Source of the DNA: Phyllobates terribilis
Taxonomy: Eukaryota
NCBI RefSeq assembly: GCF_046119375.1
Contig: NW_027362764.1
Span: 802,528,001-802,592,000, forward strand
Length of the DNA stretch: 64,000 bases
Direction of reading: 5' to 3'
This document shows positions 51,516 to 64,000 of the stretch, one piece after another. A program made the position numbers and the translations under genes. Numbering within the stretch: position 1 is the stretch's first letter; each line of letters begins with the position of its first letter. The notes beneath the pieces were generated by a model. That model saw nothing but the letters and a program-made list of their open reading frames with translations. It was not told the origin of the DNA and did not search any database.

Positions 51516-53478
51516 CTAATAGCAGGGGTTATACCCACTGCACCAAGCACTAATAGCAGGGGTTATACCCACTGCGCCAAGCACTGATAGCAGGGATTAT
51601 ACCCACTGCGCCAAGCACTAATAGCAGGGGTTATACCCACTGCGCCAAGCACTAATAGCAGGGGTTATACCCACTGTGCCAAGCACTAATAGCAGGGGTT
51701 ATACCCACTGCGCCAAGCACTAATAGCAGGGGTTATACCCACTGCGCCAAGCACTAATAGCAGGGGTTATACCCACTGCGCCAAGCACTAATAGCAGGGG
51801 TTATACCCACTGCGCCAAGCACTAATAGCAGGGGTTATACCCACTGTGCCAAGCACTAATAGCAAGGATTATACCCACTGTGCCAAGCACTAATAGCAAG
51901 GATTATACCCACTGTGCCAAGCACTAATAGCAGGGATTATACCCACTGTGCCAAGCACTAATAGCAGGGATTATACCCACTGTGCCAAGCACTAATAGCA
52001 GGTGTTATACCCACTGTGCCAAGCACTAATAGCAGGGGTTATACCCACTGTGCCAAGCACTAATAGCAGGGATTATACCCACTGCGCCAAGCACTAATAG
52101 CAGGGGTTATACCCACTGTGCCAAGCACTAATAGCAGGGGTTATACCCACTGTGCCAAGCACTAATAGGGGTTATACCCACTGGGGCGAGCACTAATAGC
52201 AGGGGTTATACCCACTGTGCCAAGCACTAATAGCAGGGGTTATACCCACTGTGCCAAGCACTAATAGGGGTTATACCCACTGGGGCGAGCACTAATAGCA
52301 GGGATTATACCCACTGTGCCAAGCACTAATAGCAGGGATTATACCCACTGCGCCAAGCACTATTAGGGATTATACCCACTGTACCAAGCACTAATAGCAG
52401 GGGTTATACCCACTGTACCAAGCACTAATAGCAGGGATTATACCCACTGTGCCAAGCACTAATAACAGGGGTTATACCCACTGCGCCAAGCACTAATGGG
52501 GATTATACCCACTGTGCCAAGCACTAATAGCAGGGATTATACCCACTGTACCAAGCACTAATAGGGATTATACCCACTGTACCAAGCACTAATAGCAGGG
52601 GTTATACCCACTGTACCAAGCACTAATAGCAGGGATTATACACACTGTGCCAAGCACTAATAACAGGGGTTATACCCACTGTGCCAAGCACTAATGGGGA
52701 TCATACCCACTGTGCCAAGCACTAATAGCAGGAATTATACCCACTGTGCCAAGCACTAATAGCAGGAATTATACCCACTGTGCCAAGCACTAATAGCAGG
52801 GATTATATCCACTGCGCCAAGCACTAATAGCAGGGATTATACCCACTGTACCAAGCAGTAATGGGGATTATACCCACTGTACCAAGCACTAATAGCAGGG
52901 GTTATACCCACTGTACCAAGCACTAATAGCAGGGATTATACCCACTGTGCCAAGCACTAATGGGGATTATACCCACTGTGCCAAGCACTAATAGCAGGAA
53001 TTATACCCACTGTGCCAAGCACTAATAGGAATTATACCCACTGTGCCAAGCACTAATAGCAGGGATTATACCCACTGCGCCAAGCACTAATAGCAGGGAT
53101 CATACCCACTGTACCAAGCAGTAATGGGGATTATACCCATTGTACCAAGCACTAATAGCAGGGGTTATACCCACTGTGCCAAGCACTAATAGCAGGGTTT
53201 ATACCCACTGTGCCAAGCACTAATAGCAGGGATTATACCTACTGCGCCAAGCACTAATAGCAGGGATCATACCCACTGTACCAAGCAGTAATGGGGATTA
53301 TACCCATTGTACCAAGCACTAATAGCAGGGATTATACCCACTGTGCCAAGCACTAATAGCAGGGATTATACCCACTGTGCCAAGCACTAATAGCAGGGAT
53401 TATACCCACTGCGCCAAGCACTAATAGCAGAAATTATACCCACTGCGCCAAGCACTAATAGCAGGGATTATATCCACT
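51516..53478. repeat. 34-bp minisatellite (~58 units) between H2A and H4
   Basis: ATACCCACTGTGCCAAGCACTAATAGCAGGGGTT with period 34; some shorter variants. Confidence 0.96.
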
Positions 53479-53659
53479 TTCTCACTGATTTCCCTCTGAT
53501 GTCACACACCCTTTGCTCTCCAGGCCGGTGGAGGCGTCTGATCGATGATGATCTCCCAGAGATTGATCTATTTCCAGCCTGGATCTCCCGCTGTCATTAT
53601 TGGAGCAGGTAGGATCTCCAGTCTCCGAGCAGCAGCAGCGGCGCCGAGATGAGGAGAGA

Positions 53660-54196
<537 letters not shown>

Positions 54197-54228
54197 TTGT
54201 GTTCTCCGCTCCATTCTCACCCCCCAAA

Positions 54229-54244
54229 GGCTCTTATCAGAGCC
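54229..54244 (+). terminator. Histone 3' stem-loop of H4 with UAUC loop
   Basis: GGCTCT TATC AGAGCC; GAGAAGCTGTG HDE-like element near 54261. Confidence 0.9.
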
Positions 54245-55029
54245 CCCCACATGTACAGTGGAGAAGCTGTGATTCCTGCTGCGGGGCCGGGGGTTGTGTC
54301 CTGTGCTCTGATGATTGCGGGAATGAGGGGAAATATCTGCAGGACAGAGAAACAGAAGCCCCCACCCTGAGCTCCCGGGATCCGTCACATCAGTGACCGG
54401 GGAGAGAAGGGGCGAGTGCTCGGTGATGAGCAGATCGGGGGATGTGTAAGTGATCGGTGACCGATGTCGCAGCTGTGAGAGCTGAGGATCCGACAGGATC
54501 ACTGGCTGCAGAATGAGGCATGAAGTGCAGTGAGGGTCTGCGCTGTGATCAGGGGAGAATTCTGGATCTGGAGACATAAGACCCTGTACAGATTGGGGTC
54601 TGATCTCCCCTGTGTGGAGTGAGATCGGCCACTGATCACTATACACGAGCAGATCGCCCGAGATCCGCAGCACTGACTATGTGTGTTACATGGATGAGGA
54701 CAAAGCGAGGAGGAGTGAGCGAGAAGTTCAAATTGTGGGCACAGCCAATCATCATTGAGCATCAGGTCACGGCTCCGCCTACATAATACGCCAGTGTTAA
54801 CCATTTAGTGTCTGATAGTTCTTTGTCATTCTCCATAATCAGTGATTTCCTTATTCCTCAGTGACCGGAGCCTGACGTTTGCTCTGGGGAGAAATACACA
54901 CCCGATCGTCCTACCGGGCGGAACATCCCCTGCAGTCACCGAGCACAGGACAGATGAGCACCCGGCTGTGCGGACCAGAGAGGGGACTGATGACGCGGAC
55001 AGGGGCGTGTATGTTACCGGTTACACGTT

Positions 55030-55092
55030 CATCTCCTTCTCTCTGATTGGTCGGTCACAGAGCAATTAGTGATTTAGAATTTCCCGCTCATT
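55030..55092 (-). promoter_or_regulatory. Orphan inverted copy of the H4 upstream promoter module
   Basis: Minus strand TGAGCGGGAAATTCTAAATCACTAATTGCTCTGTGACCGACCAATCAGAGAGAAGG versus the H4 promoter TGAGCGGGAAATTCAAAATCACCAACTGTTCTGTGTGCAGCCAATCAGAGAGAAGG. Confidence 0.65.
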
Positions 55093-55560
55093 GTAACATT
55101 TCTGTTTTGTTTTTTCCTAAAAGATAAAATATTGTTCAGGATAAGAAGCAGCAGCCGCTCATCCGCAAGACTCATCGCCTGTAGTAACTGCTCCTCTATA
55201 CAGCAACTGGTCCAGGAGGAGCGAGGACCCTGCCCACCATCTACAAGGGATGGGTGAGGATACATTAGGTGAGGGTAGAGCAGCGGTATGGTGGAGCGAG
55301 GGTTACTGCAGGTTGTAGGCTTGTCGGAAGACACAAGGGAGGGATCGGTGCAGACACAATATGGGGAGCAGGAGAAATGTGAAGACTCAATATGGGAAGC
55401 AATGGGTGAGATTGGGGGATGTGTGAGGAGACAGTATGGGGTGAGAAAAGTGTGAGTGGTCACAGAATAGAGACTGAGTGGTGTGTGTGGAGGGGGGGGG
55501 GATTGTAAGGGCACAGTTCGGAAGGGACAGTAGACCAAGGAAGGGGGAGTGTAAAGAGAC

Positions 55561-56710
55561 TGAGGAGCTGCTGGGAGCGGAGCCGCTTGTGTCCCCCATA
55601 CACTGCACACACTGGATATATATAACAGGAGAGGAGCTGCAGGGAGAGGAGCCGCCTGTGTCCCCCATACACTGCACACACTTGATATATATATAACAGG
55701 AGAGGAGCTGCAGGGAGCGGAGCTGCCTGTGTCCCCCATACACTGCACACACTTGATATATATATAACAGGAGAGGAGCTGCAGGGAGCGGAGCCTGTGC
55801 CCCCCATACACTGCACACACTGGATATATATATAACAGGAGAGGAGCTGCAGGGAGAGGAGCCGCCTGTGTCCCCCATACACTGCACACACTGGATATAT
55901 ATATAACAGGAGAGGAGCTGCAGGGAGAGGAGCCGCCTGTGCCCCCCATACACTGCACACACTTGATATATATATAACAGGAGAGGAGCTGCAGGGAGCG
56001 GAGCCTGTGTCCCCCATACACTGCACACACTGGATATATATATAACAGGAGAGGAGCTGCAGGGAGCGGAGCTGCCTGTGTCCCCCATACACTGCACACA
56101 CTTGATATATATATAAGAGGAGAGGAGCTGCAGGGAGCGGAGCCTGTGCCCCCCATACACTGCACACACTTGATATATATATATAAGAGGAGAGGAGCTG
56201 CAGGGAGAGGAGCCGCCTGTGCCCCCCATACACTGCACACACTTGATATATATATAAGAGGAGAGGAGCTGCAGGGAGAGGAGCCGCCTGTGTCCCCCAT
56301 ACACTGCACACACTTGATATATATATAAGAGGAGAGGAGCTGCAGGGAGAGGAGCCGCCTGTGCCCCCCATACACTGCACACACTTGATATATATATAAC
56401 AGGAGAGGAGCTGCAGGGAGCGGAGCCTGTGCCCCCCATACACTGCACACACTTGATATATATATAAGAGGAGAGGAGCTGCAGGGAGAGGAGCCGCCTG
56501 TGCCCCCCATACACTGCACACACTTGATATATATATAACAGGAGAGGAGCTGCAGGGAGCGGAGCCGCCTGTGCCCCCCATACACTGCACACACTTGATA
56601 TATATATAACAGGAGAGGAGCTGCAGGGAGCGGAGCCTGTGCCCCCCATACACTGCACACACTTGATATATATATAAGAGGAGAGGAGCTGCAGGGAGCG
56701 GAGCCGCCGT
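55561..56710. repeat. 68-73-bp minisatellite (~16 units) between H4 and H1
   Basis: GGAGAGGAGCTGCAGGGAGCGGAGCCGCCTGTGTCCCCCATACACTGCACACACTTGATATATATATAACA; unit length varies with the (TA)n tract. Confidence 0.95.
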
Positions 56711-57089
56711 CTGTGTCTCCTTCCGGCCTCTCAGCAGATCCAGGTCGTCCTCACATCGTACAATCCGCTTCCTGCACGATACAGATCGGGGTACAGATCC
56801 CGGTGATGGTGACCGGTGCCGGGAATAGAAGGGACGAGCTCCCGCAGCGGTTTTATCTCCACAGATACACAGTGAGGTGCAGCCCGGGAGGACTATGGGG
56901 AGATCCCGGATCCTCCTCCGGCTCCTTCCTGCCTCCTGCTCCGCCAGTGACGGCTGTAGACATGTAGGGGAGATGTCAGGGAGAAGGAGGACACGGAGGA
57001 AGCGCGCTCTGCTGTCCGGTCCTGGCCGGTAATGGGCTCTTATCCCGGGCAGGGAAGCACAAGGGAGAGCGGAGCTTCACTCGGCTCAG

Positions 57090-57180
57090 ACAGGAGGGGC
57101 GGGGCCTGTGTCCAGTGTCAGCCAATAGAAGCTCAGGAGGAGGCAGCCAATCAGTGCGCAGTGTGACTGTACATATAAGA
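57090..57180 (+). promoter_or_regulatory. H1 promoter
   Basis: GC box at 57096, CCAAT at 57122 and 57147, TATAA at 57174. No AAACACA box seen in 57001-57200. Confidence 0.7.
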
Positions 57181-57247
57181 GGCGCCTCCAGCTCCGTCCT
57201 CAGTGTTTTCCTTCCAGGAGATTCTTGTGTCTGTTCCTCATCACACG

Positions 57248-57889
57248 ATGGCAGAGACCGCGCCAGCCGCCGCTCCTCCTCCCGCCGAACCGGCCGCCAA
57301 AGCCAAGAAGCAGCCGAAGAAATCCGCCGCAGGGGGCGCCAAGAAGAGCAAGAAATCCTCCGGTCCCAGCGTGTCCGAGCTGATCGTCAAAGCCGTGTCC
57401 GCCTCTAAGGAGCGCAGTGGGGTGTCTCTGGCCGCCCTGAAGAAGGCTCTGGCTGCCGGCGGGTACGATGTGGAGAAGAATAACAGCCGCCTGAAGCTGG
57501 CCGTCAGGTCTCTGGTCACCAAGGGTGCCCTGCTCCAGGTGAAGGGCAGCGGCGCCTCCGGCTCCTTCAAGCTGAACAAGAAGCAGGAGACTAAGGACAA
57601 ACCGGCCAAGAAGAAGCCGGCGGCTGCGGCCAAGCCCAGGAAACCCGCAGCCAAGAAAGTGGCCAAATCCCCAAAGAAGCCCAAGAAGGCTCCGACCGCA
57701 GCTAAGAAAAGCACAAAAAAGGCCAAGAAGCCCGCAGCAGCCGCAACCAAGAGCCCCAAGAAGCCGAAGGCCGCTCCGAAGCCCAAGAAGGTGACTAAGA
57801 GCCCGGCTAAGAAGGCGGCCAAACCCAAAGCTGCCAAGAGTCCAGCTAAGAAGGGGACTAAAGCCAAGAAGCCCGCGGCCAAGAAATAA
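57248..57889 (+). CDS. H1: Histone H1, somatic replication-dependent type (213 aa)
   Basis: MAETAPAA start, globular domain GPSVSELI...[13 protein letters not shown]...[10 protein letters not shown], and K/A/P-rich tail with SPKK motifs. Confidence 0.97.
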   Translation: MAETAPAAAPPPAEPAAKAKKQPKKSAAGGAKKSKKSSGPSVSELIVKAVSASKERSGVSLAALKKALAAGGYDVEKNNSRLKLAVRSLVTKGALLQVKGSGASGSFKLNKKQETKDKPAKKKPAAAAKPRKPAAKKVAKSPKKPKKAPTAAKKSTKKAKKPAAAATKSPKKPKAAPKPKKVTKSPAKKAAKPKAAKSPAKKGTKAKKPAAKK

Positions 57890-57919
57890 GCCAAAGCCGT
57901 CCTGTTATTACACCACAAA

Positions 57920-57935
57920 GGCTCTTATCAGAGCC
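57920..57935 (+). terminator. Histone 3' stem-loop of H1 with UAUC loop
   Basis: GGCTCT TATC AGAGCC ACCAC. Confidence 0.92.
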
Positions 57936-58168
57936 ACCACCTTGTCCCTGCAGAGCTGTATGATCAGTGCCATCACCTTGTCCCTGCAGAGCTGTATGAT
58001 CAGTGCCACCACCTTGTCCCTGCAGAGCTGTATGATCAGTGCCACCACCTTGTCCCTACACAGCTGTATGATCAGTGCCACCACCTTGTCCCTACAGAGC
58101 TGTATGATCAGTGCCACCACCTTGTCCCTACAGAGCTGTATGATCAGTGCCACCACCTTGTCCCCGGC
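57930..58168 (+). repeat. 36-bp HDE-containing minisatellite (~6-7 units)
   Basis: Same unit as 36471-38200, starting in the stem-loop 3' arm of the intact H1. Confidence 0.93.
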
Positions 58169-58470
58169 AGAGATTATAGTGTGTCCCGGTCTCTCCAGTG
58201 CAGATGACAGATGAGCAGTTATTGGAGGGAAGGGGCCGATGTCCTACAGAAATCAATCACCGCTTGTAACCCGCGTCTGTAATAGTGAAAGGGGAGAGTG
58301 AGGTTATTACTTCGATGTTAGAATTGAAACCCCAATGAATTTGTTCGAGGAGCTCCGTGTGCCGGGTATATAGACAGTGACATCGGCGGCTCCTGCTGTA
58401 GAAGCCGCATGTAGACATGGTGTGATCGTGTCTGTATCTTCAGCTAGAAAAAAAAAGTGTGAACAGAGAC

Positions 58471-58672
58471 GTCGCCTCTCAGAGCAAATGGAGGCTAATC
58501 TCACTGAGTTCTCTGCTGGACAAGTTAAGCAGATCGAGCAACTTTTACAGCGTTACCAGGGGGTGTTTGCACAACTTGAAGAGGATTTCGGATGCACTCC
58601 AGATATTCCACAGGAAATACGGCTCCAATTCGGGAAAAGTATCAGCAGATTCCACATCAAATCTACCAGGAG
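58471..58672 (+). mobile_element. Gypsy pol fragment, paralogous to 42972-43172
   Basis: About 94% identical by eye; both copies read AGATATTCCACAGGAAATAC at a site that looks shortened relative to typical Gypsy pol. Confidence 0.85.
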
Positions 58673-59479
58673 TAGTGTTGAGCGATACCTTCCGATATCA
58701 GGAAATATTGGATCGGATTGGATCGGACCGATACTTTTTGGGTATCGGATATCGCCGATTCCGATACCGGAACCCAATGCAAGTCAATGGGACACAAGTA
58801 TCGGAATAAAAATAAACCCATTCTTTCCTTGTAGGTTAATTCTACATGAAGGAAAACAACTAACAATATTGTAGAATGTATTGGGGGAGGTGGGGGAGAC
58901 AATAAAGGCATAGAGGTTTAGCTCAATCAAATGGAATAGCAGGAATTAATATATTTTTTAAGACGTTCTGAGTTACGGAAATATTGACTATGTTAAGTTT
59001 TTTTATATTTTGTCAGATATTTATGTTTCACTACTTCCATGCTCTTCACCTTTTTTACTTCTCCCACACTTTCTCCTTCATCATCCTCAGCATCAGCATC
59101 TTTTTCATCAACTTCTTTTTCACCTTCTTCATCTTCTTCACCTTCTTCGTATTATTCTTTTTTTTTACATTCTTCATATTCTTCTTATTCAACTATTATT
59201 CTTCTTCATATTCTACATCTTTATCTTCATATATTTCTTCTTCATCATATTCTTATTTGTGACAGACATTCCTGTAGTTATCTATAAAACTTTGAACATT
59301 ACACCTTTCTGCCCGTCACAAAAGATTTACAACAGGATTTGTCCGCGTTCAGTTTGGCCTGCAGCAGCAGGTCTTTTCCAGGGGCACCACGAGGAGGAAC
59401 GGACTCACCCCCATACACTGCTTAGTCATCATCTGCTTATAATTTAGATAATATCTTTTGCTCTGATTTTTAGTCTTCA

Positions 59480-59880
59480 GCTTAGTGGTGTTCTGCTTTT
59501 TGCTCTGCAGCTTCTTGTTCTTCTGCTTCTTGGTCTTCTGCCTCTTGTTCTTCTGTATCTTGGTGGTTGTCTTCTTGTTCTTTGTCCTCTTGGTCATCTT
59601 CTTCAGGGTCATCTTCTTGGTCTTCTTCGGGGTGGTCTTCAGGGTCCTCGTCTTCAGTGTCGTCGTCTTCGGGGTCCTCGTCTTCTTCGGGGTCGTCTTC
59701 AGGGTCCTCGTCTTCGGGGTCCTCGTCTTCTTCGGGGTGGTCTTCAGGGTCGTCATCTTCGGAGTCCTCGTCTTCTTCGGGGTGGTCTTCGGTGTCCTCG
59801 TCTTCTTCGGGGTGGTCTTCAGGGTCGTCGTCTTCGGGGTCCTTGTCTTCTTCGGGGTGGTCTTCAGGGTCCTCGTCAGG
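59480..59880 (-). repeat. GAA/GAC-rich codon-like repeat (poly-acidic reading frame)
   Basis: Minus frame reads DEDPEDHPEEDEDPEDD repeats (ORF 59482-59913). Confidence 0.8.
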
Positions 59881-59964
59881 GAGATCCAGAGTGATTACCA
59901 AGAACCATTTCAAAAAGCTTGAACTTGGAAATGTAGCAGAAGGTACAAGAAGGCTGAGGAACTG

Positions 59965-60680
59965 CCGGGAACCAGCTGACGGTACTGGAACCGGGATGGG
60001 TAGCAGAAGGTAGAAGAGCCAATGGAACTACCGAGGACCAGCTGACGGTACTGGAACCTGGTTACTAAGCAGGAGGTACCTGTGCCAGAAAGCACTACCA
60101 AGGACCAGCAGACGTTGCTGGAACTTGGATACCGAGAAGGAGGCACCTAAGCCAAAGGCACTGCCGAGAACCAGCTGACGGTACTGGAACTCGGATGGGT
60201 AGCAGAAGGTACAAGAGCAAATGGAAATACAGAGGACCAGCTGACGGTACTGGAACCTGGTTACTAAGCAGGAGGTACCTGTGCCAGAAAGCACTACCAA
60301 GGACCAGCAGACGTTGGTGGAACTTGGATACCGAGAAGGAGGCACCTAAGCCAAAGGCACTTCCGAGAACCAGCTGACGGTACTGGAAACCGGATGGGTA
60401 GCAGAAGGTACAAAAGCAAATGGATCTACCGAGGACCATCTGACGGTACTGGAACCCGGATGGGTAGCAGAAGGTACAAGAGCCAATGGAACTACCGAGG
60501 ACCAGCTGACGGTACTGGAACTCGGTTACTAAGCAGGAGGAACCTGTGCCAGAAACCACTACCAAGGACCAGCAGACGTTGGTGGAACTTGGATACCGAG
60601 AAGGAGGCACCTAAGCCAAAGGCACTTCCGAGAACCAGCTGACGGTACTGGAACTCGGATGGGTAGCAGAAGGTACCCAT
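59965..60680. repeat. ~199-bp higher-order repeat made of ~66-bp monomers
   Basis: ACCAGCTGACGGTACTGGAA unit starts at 59971, 60170, 60369 and 60634 (the last unit has one extra 66-bp monomer). Confidence 0.85.
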
Positions 60681-61410
60681 GAAAAAAAAAGTTGCAAGGC
60701 TGCGAGCCGACCGCAGTTACCAAAACCCACAGTCCTACAGGGGGTGCTTGTCTTATTGGCACTATGGAACCAGCCTTCATTGCCAGATCCCGCAGCCCAT
60801 ATAGGAGTCACCTAAACTGCAGGCACCATAGAGTCGGCTAACCCGACCGCAACACGACAGGACAACGCATTGGAGGCAAAGTGACGTTGACACTACCCGG
60901 AAACAGCTGGCGTGCTGGAAACAGGCTGGGCAGGAGGGAGTACTCGTGCCAAAGACACTGCTGGGTAACAGCTGTCGGTGCTGGAACCCAGGGTAAATAC
61001 TAAAAACAGAGTGGAGCCAGAGGCCTAATTGGAGCAAGTTTAAAATCTGTAGTAGTGTGAATGTGGACAGAGCAGGAGAAATTGCCATACACACAGCAGG
61101 GGAACAGCTGATGTTACTGAACTCCAATAACACCGCAGCAAGTGTTGACTGTGCAGACGGCATTTCTGAGCGCCAACTGGCGTTGTTGGAGCTCAGGGAT
61201 AATACTGAAAACAGAGGGTGGGTGGAATTACACTGTGTCTCTGTACAACAGTGCCAGAAGTTCTTCCATGGCGATCCTGTGAGGAAGCCGAACCAGCTGT
61301 GTGTGAGCTGGAGGAAGAGGCTACAACACGAGCTGAAGAGGTGGCGCTGTAGGTTGGCCTAGGTCTTCAGTGTATTTTTGTAACTCCACCACGTGCTTGG
61401 TCCGCACATG

Positions 61411-62347
61411 TGTAGCATCGGCGTCTCTGCCCCTTGCTAGGCAGAGACGCTTTCCCTCTCACCTCCCCGCTTCTGGCGCGGCGTCCTCCAGCGCTTCTCT
61501 CCCCGCTGCTTCCGGCACGCGCTCCTTCCCCGGCAGTGTGCTTAGGGCGCGCGCGCTCTCCCCCTCTCTTAAAGGGACCGCACGCGCCGTCCTAAGGAGT
61601 CCCCGGCCAATTGCCGTTGGACCTCCCATATTTAAGGCACCTCCTCCAAAATGGAGGTGCCCGAGCAATGCTGTTTGCACTGTGTCTCACCTGTGCTTCA
61701 GCCCTCAGGTTCCGCTGCTAGCCTGACTTCTCGTCCTGCTTGCCAGCCTGTTACTTGCCTTGTCCGCCAGACCGCTCACCTGGGAGCGTCTACTAGTTAC
61801 CTGCTTGTTACGTGCCTGTCACCTGCCTCGTCTGTCAGACCGCTCACCTGGGAGCGTCCTCCAGTTATCTGCCTGTTACCTGCCTGTCACCTGCCTCGTC
61901 TGTCTGACCGCTCACCTGGGAGCGTCCTCCAGTTATCTGCCTGTTACCTGCCTGTCACCTGCCTTGTCTGTCTGACCGCTCACCTGGGAGCGTCCACCAG
62001 TTACCCGCCTGTTACCTGCTGTCTCCATCAGCTCGCTCACCTGGGAGCGCCCGCCAGTTACCTGTCAGGTATCCGCCTCGCCTGTCTACCCAGAGACTGT
62101 CCCCGTCACTTGCTGTGACCACCTGCCTGTCTACCCAGAGACTGTCCCCATCACTTGCTGTGACCACCTGCCTGTCTACCCAGAGACTGTCCCGTCACTT
62201 GCTGTGACCACCTGCCTGTTTACCCAGAAACTGTCCCCGTCACTTGTTGTGGCTGCCTGCTTGCCTTCCCTGGGAGTCACCTGCTTCCTTACAAGGACTT
62301 CCCCCTTGTATTGCAGCTCAGAGGTTCCACCTCCCGGACCCGTAACA
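61411..62347 (+). mobile_element. Solo LTR of the element A/B chromovirus family (937 bp)
   Basis: TGTAGCATCGGCGTC...CCCGTAACA with 5-bp TSD ACATG. Removal restores MWKHVRTKH in the host BED finger. Confidence 0.95.
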
Positions 62348-63294
62348 ACATGTTTCCACATATTTGTGGTATTGAGGTTGCTGACACTTTTCCCTCTTTT
62401 CACTTTTTGATTACACAGCTTGCATTTGACAAAGCACATGTCATCTGCAACTGTGTCAAAAAAGGACCAGGCACTGCAAGTCTTGGGAGCGCCCGCTTTG
62501 GATTTTGGAAGAGCCATGCTCCTAATGGGTGCCGAAGTGGAGGCTACAGGCAACCAAATCAGCCCCCTCCCTCTCCCTCCTTTTTGGGCTGTTCGGGGAA
62601 TCTCTTCCTCAGAGTTGCTCCCACCACCTTCCTGTCCCTCACGCCATGATGGGTCAAGGACCTCATCATCTACACCACCCTCTTCAAACAACTGCTTCTC
62701 CTGGGTAGTCTCGACAGCACAGTACGCAACAGAAAGTGGCACCTGAGTCTCATCATCAGATGCGTACTGAGGTGTGCTGCTGACCATAGGCACTGGCCCA
62801 CCTGCCTCTTCAGATTCAGAGAGACAAAACGGTTGCGCATCACTGCATACTACCTCTTCTTCAAATTCTCGAATTCTGCTTGGCTGGTCCCCTCTTTCCA
62901 AGCCAAGAGATTCAGAGAACAGAAGTAGAGATGGCTCCTGTCCAGGGCTCTCTGACTGCCTGGGCAATTTGGCAGGTGGTGAAGAGACAGATGGGTGCTC
63001 TTCAGTGCTCAGGACCTGAGAGGATCTGGAACTAATTGAAGTCGATGCGTTAGCTGCCATCCATCCGACAACGGCTTCAATTTGGTCCTCCCGCAGCAGT
63101 GGGGTACGGCTAGCTCCTACAAAGCTGGGCATTAAGGACTGTTCCCTGGTAAAACTGGGGGATGCTGAGTCACTGGTGCCCGCAGCAGGCACAGAATCCC
63201 CACGTCCTCTCCCTGCAGGCACAGAATCCTCACGTCCTCTCCCTGCAGAAACTCCACGCCCACGACCACATGCCTTACTCCCTGCCTTCTTCAT
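62348..63294 (-). pseudogene. hAT transposase N-terminus with BED zinc finger, split by the solo LTR
   Basis: MKKAGSK...AWSFF...VKCKLCNQKVKRG...TTNMWKHV, continuing as RTKH below 61410. Confidence 0.8.
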
Positions 63295-64000
63295 CTTGGT
63301 AGACTGATAAAGATAGGCAGAAAAGCACTAAGGGCTTAGTGTGCTTATTCCTGAACAGCTGCTAACAGGTATAAGAAACACTAATTTTATAAAGTGTGGA
63401 CTAGACTTTAATATGAGCTAATGTGGCCTACACAACTGTAAAGTGGAGTGTTTGGTGAACTTTATTTAGATTTTTTTGTCACAAAAAGACACTGGATGTG
63501 CCCAAAGATGTAATACCGATAGTATCACAAACTTTTTGTAGCTATTACAATGTAGGAAGGTAACCTACAATGCAATAGATGAGGCTGCAAAAAATAGGCT
63601 AATACTAATCTGGCTGGGGCTGCAGGGCCCAATGCTGCAGAAAAGCTCCTCTATCTACTCCTATATAGTGTGTTTGGAACCAATGTAGCTGAATACGGAT
63701 GGAACCACCACACTAATAGGAGGAATCAGGAAAAATGATCAATTAGCAAAAAAGGAAAATGTATGAGGCAGTGACGCACGCTGAGTGCACTACAACCAGA
63801 CGTGGCTGAAGCACACACTACAGGGTGAGCTGCACTCACACACACAGACCTTGCAGACAGCGGTGAACAGCACAGAGAACTGTGTACTAGCACTGCAAGG
63901 CACAGCGATTTATAAAGTAGCTTGGGTAAAGCACAATAGAGCAAATAGGTAGCTAAAACTGTCCCTCAGAACAGCAGCGTCCTATCCCTAACTGAATTCA

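Larger units (their letters stand above)
58673..64000 (-). mobile_element. Internally rearranged hAT element running off the window
   Basis: TIR-like TAGTGTTGAGCGA at 58673. BED-finger ORF at the far end. Catalytic core not recognisable and replaced by repeats. Second TIR and TSD not in the window. Confidence 0.65.

Noticed and set aside
51516-53478. 34-bp and 36-bp arrays as CRISPR
   Set aside because: Units are contiguous with no unique spacers, there are no cas genes, and the context is eukaryotic.

Overview
Vertebrate genomic DNA, most likely from a frog (inferred from the repeat families; not verifiable from sequence alone). Left half (1-35.8 kb): transposon debris. It holds a CATAG minisatellite split by a hAT MITE, a decayed DIRS element, a Tc1 relic, a degenerate hammerhead-like motif and a head-to-head minisatellite. 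It also holds a 12.3-kb nest in which a young chromodomain Ty3/gypsy element sits antisense inside a relative, a 5.2-kb hAT element, and CR1/L2 fragments. Right half (35.8-64 kb): a decaying replication-dependent histone cluster with a 5'-truncated H1, an H3 pseudogene, intact H2A, H4 and H1, and no recognisable H2B. Most spacers carry their own minisatellite, and Gypsy, CR1, hAT and solo-LTR insertions are interleaved. The most unusual signal is a 36-bp array that starts inside the H1 3' stem-loop. Each unit repeats the half-stem, the cleavage-site motif and a 9-nt U7-complementary histone downstream element, so the array is a tandem series of histone 3'-processing signals. No tRNA, rRNA, snRNA or CRISPR was found by eye. 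All counts and identities are manual estimates.
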